Shown here: positions 59,845 to 64,000 of the stretch, one piece after another
Layout of the letters: each line of letters opens with the position of its first letter
Position numbering within the stretch: the stretch's first letter is position 1
From: the human T2T-CHM13v2.0 reference genome, Homo sapiens
Direction: 5' to 3' (one strand)
Length of the DNA stretch: 64,000 nucleotides
NCBI RefSeq assembly: GCF_009914755.1
Contig: NC_060933.1
Translations under genes and position numbers: made by a program
Notes under the pieces: generated by a model
Seen by the model: only the letters and a program-made list of their open reading frames with translations
The model's database searches: none
Told to the model about the DNA's origin: nothing

Positions 59845-62800
59845 GGGAAGAATATTTTAAAATTATCTTTTAGTGGAAGGATGTTACAAAATCCAGAAGC
59901 CATAAAAGAAAAATATTGACACACTCAATAGCATAAAAAATTTATGGACAAGAAAATATGTAACATTTCACAGTCAACAAAGTAATTGTCTTAATAAAAG
60001 TCAGCAAGGAAACTATCAAAAGCCCAATAGAGGGCGGAGCAAAGGATATGGATAAAGAGTTCTCAGGAAAGGCAATACACATGGCTCCAAAAAACACAAA
60101 CACATACTCAACTTTAATGGTAACCAGAATGCAGATTAAAGCCTATACTGAAATTCTATTTTCATAGCCAAATATTGAAGCTTTACAGTCCTTTGCAGGG
60201 AAGAAGGCACCCTACTCAGTGCTCCATAATACCCTCCCACCCCCACACCCTGAGTGAGTTTCTTGCCTCTTCTGAGAACCCTGAGACTCTAAAGTTCCAG
60301 CCTCTGAACCTCCCCCTGCTTATCCCCTCTTCTGGCCACTGTGTGACCAGAACCCTGAGTGAATGTGTGCTGGTACAATAAGAATATCCCACCCCCCTAG
60401 TCCTTTCTAATTCAATGCATTCAGTTGGCCCTGCTCCTCCCTGGGCTGGATGGAGCCATGAATCTAATCCACTCACCTCCACACAAGAAAAAGTCTTCCA
60501 TCACTTAACGTGTAACCCTATTTATCTATTTTTAGTAATAAACATGTCCAGGCCCAGCAGAACAGTAAAAACCCTGACCTTCATTTAAACCTCCTCTCCT
60601 CCCTCCCTAAGGCCTGCCTAGGGAACCTCCAGGTGGCCACGGAAGAAAGTGCCTCCTAACCTTTCAGCTGCAGCTCCTGACCCCTTGGTGAGGTAGGGAT
60701 GACTGCAGGGGGTGGATACAGAGAGGTCAGGGGTGGAGAGGTGACACTGACAGCCCCAGTGCTGAGCCCTTTGGCCAGGCTGGTAGTACCTTGCAGGGAA
60801 ACAGGCGACCCCCTTGGTGCTCCTGGATGTCCTCCCACCCCCATGCCCTGTGTAAGTTACTTGTCTCCTCTGAGATTCTTGAGACTAAATCTCCAGCCTC
60901 TAAGCCATGGCGAGCACCTCCCCTCCAGGGCTCCACCCAACCCCTCTCCTCTCAGGGACACTTTCCTTTTTTATTTGAAGACTCCTCCCCAGGAGCAAGG
61001 AGGTACCCATGGGTGCAATGGACAGTGTCTGTTCTTCACCCCACACACCCGCTCCCTCCCAGCATCCACACCAGAGGGAAGCTCCAGCTTCTTGCTGGTG
61101 ACATGGCTCCTGTCATCAGCAGAAAGCTGACTGGGCCACATAGGTACCCCTCCCTGGAACCAGCACCTCTGCCAGGCTATAGCAGGAGGGCAGTTGCTCC
61201 TCAAACACAGCCACTCCTGCTGCATGCTTCCCTGTGTGAGTTGGACATCGGTCCATGGGGCCACCTAGGCCCTGGTGACATGTGTCAAAGTCTTGGTCAT
61301 CTCCTAAGCCCCTCACTGACTCTGAAGCTAGAGGGAACCATCGCCCCTCCTCCATGGGAGGACTCACAGGCCACTAAGGACTTGCTCTTATTCTCTTTAT
61401 AACTTTAGGGTGAGGGTTGGGCAAAGTGCAGCAAAATAGATTCTCACCCCTCTTCCCAAGCCCTTTGTAGGAGGGCCAGCCCTCCCTTGAACTGTTGGAG
61501 TCCTCCTATGCCCCACGGACCCCAGGCAAACTTTACCAGAGTCCCATTTTAACCTGCGGTTGCCTCCCGCCCTCCTGTCTGAAGGGACCTCATAGTCTCT
61601 GGACTCTGAATGCTTCAGCAGCAGGCGGCTCACCCACCTTCCCCACTGGCCCGCTCATCTCCGAGTACCAGAATTTTATAGATAGATACCACACCCAATT
61701 GTTAGCTCCGCTTCAGTGTCTTAAAATCATCACAAACTTGAAGTTTTCAAACACAGCCTTAATTTTTCCCACCAATAATATTTCTCTCCAGCCTTCCCAG
61801 GACAGAAAACAGCACCGTGGTCCACCCAGCAGCTCTCACCCCACACAAGGTAGCAGTCCTGGGTCTCTCCCTTACCAGCCACACACCAAACCCATCACCA
61901 CCCTGCCTCCATGGGGAAGGTGAGCCAGGCTGCACTCCCCAGAAGCCTTCAGAGTAGTGGAGGAGACAGGATAACACAGTCACACGTGTACTATGAAGGA
62001 CTGGAGTGTGCAATTCTACCTTTCAGAGGAGCAAGAGGTCAGTTACCTGGTCAGCAAAGAAGCCTCAATGCCAAAGAAGCAGGTGCTGAAAGAGGCAGTG
62101 GAGGAAGATCCTATAAAAATACAAACTGGAGCCCAGACCAGGAAGGAGCACAGCAGGACAGTGGACGTGCAGGAGCGCCAGCTGGCTGGGGCCAGGTGTA
62201 CAGAATCCCGGGATAAGGCAGAACCATGGAGGTTTCTGATTCAGGTCTTAGAGGCATTTCAGGATATGCCAAGGAGCAGGAAGCAACCAACGCCTTTTTA
62301 CTAGACCCTGATATGATAGAAATAGTGTCAGTGTGTAGACAGGCAGAAAGGGCTGAGAAGCTGCAGGCAGGGAGATGAGCTGGGAAGTTACTGATGTTGT
62401 GACGGCCAGACTTGGATGGTGAGAGTGAAAACGAAAAGAAGACCATTTGGAGAAGAAGCCCACAGACCTGCTTCATTATGGAGACTGTTGCTGAGGGCAG
62501 CCCCACAGATGACTCACTCTTTCATCTTGGGGACGGCCTCTCTCTTTTTCTCATGGGTCATTTTCTCCATCCCGAAGCTGTTGACTCCAGGTGGGCCATG
62601 TCTGAGAGCTGGATTTGCAGTAGGGACAGAGCTGGGAGGCTGCCAGCTAGGCCGAGGGCACGTAGGAGCCCAGGCACCAGGAGTGAGAGTTCAAGGGCAG
62701 AGGGACACAGAACCAATGGCTTCTTCCCAGTTTCATCCACAGCCAAGCAGATTAGTTTCCCAGCTCCAGCACACTAAGCATCCAGCCATAACCAAACCAT

Positions 62801-64000
62801 TCGGAGAAACTGAGAGTCAGAAATCATAGGCATCAAAAATACCATAAACCTGATTTTTTAAAAAGTCATTTGACCAAGATGTGTTGAAATCACTTTAATC
62901 TTGTATGTTGCAGACATAACAAAAGAGCCATGGATTTCAGAATCTGCACACCCCTGGAGAAATTGACTTCCCTTACACCTTAGCAGTTCACCTGTGCCAT
63001 TATAATCCCAGCATTCTCCTGAGACCTCATTCTGTGCTTCAGCCTTTGGTTTACTCCAGAAAGGTGTTTAAATATACACACAGGGGTAAATAAATACTGG
63101 TTGGTAATTATTAAACAGATGTCAAAAAAAGTATCCTATATATTCACATAAAAGCCCAAATAATGAAACTAGAAAAGAGGTTCCTAAACCATGCTGAAAG
63201 AGATCTCAGAAAGTGAAAGATAAGCTCTTGGGATTACTAAGAATGTATTGACCAAAAAAGTAAAGCCCAACAGAGACAAAATTGAGGCTAATTTTCCTTT
63301 CATGGTTTAAGTAACTAATTAATAAAGTTCACTTGAGGTCACAGGTCATGTCACAGGCATCTTCACTGGACAGATCAGAGACTTGCTTTATTCTTATAAA
63401 CACTTTCATTGAATTATTTTTTCTCCTTTAGAATTCTAACAGTTGGGTTAGAATAAGCCTTCTGCTCTCAAATTGACTGCTTCCTGATGCCGATATGCCA
63501 ATCAAGGGGAGAAATCCACACTCCTCAGTTTTCCCACAATTTCGTAAATGAGCCAAGTTCTCAGGCAATGAGGAAGAAGCCTCCAATCTGTGCTGCACCC
63601 TGAGGGAGATGGTGCCATGTCTCTCAGATGAGCCATCAAGAAGCTGGACCACCAAGGCGCTGGACCCATGAGGGGCTGGACTGGGTTGGATGGGGCTGCC
63701 CAATACAGTGTGGAATCTAGAGACCCACGGAACCCTGCACACACCTGTCTTCACTGCCAGTTTTTAGGAATTACTTATCTTTTGGGAAAGATGCATTTTG
63801 TGAGATCAAATACCACAGGCTTTAAAGATCTCAGTTCCACTGATTCCTTAGTCGTAAAGCATGAATACAGGTGAAGTGAGCAAACTTGGCCCCAAAGCTT
63901 CTGCCCTTTGGAAACACACACACAAAAGAAAAGGGGACCACTGTGGTGCCTGACACCAGGCTGGGACTTGTTCTAAGTGCTCTGAAGGCATTATGTGTGC

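Noticed and set aside
61993-62304. 103-aa charged ORF on the + strand
   Set aside because: No recognisable domain. The purine-rich sequence looks like a decayed L2 remnant.

Overview
Primate (very probably human) genomic DNA from the middle of the SHC3 (N-Shc/ShcC/Rai) gene, which lies on the minus strand. Nine coding exons can be placed exactly from GT/AG boundaries and continuous reading phase (56619-56682, 53888-54007, 49978-50031, 44307-44358, 30818-30944, 25627-25777, 24529-24616, 20809-20967, 16479-16774). They encode the C-terminal part of the PTB domain, the CH1 region and most of the SH2 domain. The first exons and the last exon lie outside the window. Exon numbers 3-11 come from my recollection of the 12-exon human gene. 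The rest is intron, filled with Alu, L1, L2, MIR, solo LTRs (several with clean target-site duplications) and DNA transposon relics. Nearly all ORFs in the supplied track are spurious. The most unusual structures are: (1) a ~550 bp AT-rich near-perfect palindrome at 6901-7454; (2) two large degenerate triplet arrays (17990-19085 and 36977-39190) that are partly reverse-complementary and bracket a 525-nt, frame-neutral block of exons 7-10; (3) a complex templated-insertion scar in an LTR (hairpin plus an exact 27-nt copy of sequence 1.45 kb away); (4) three tandem in-frame 5' splice sites after exon 9; (5) a ~100-nt AG-exclusion zone with a likely distant branch point before the SH2 exon. All functional interpretations are hypotheses.
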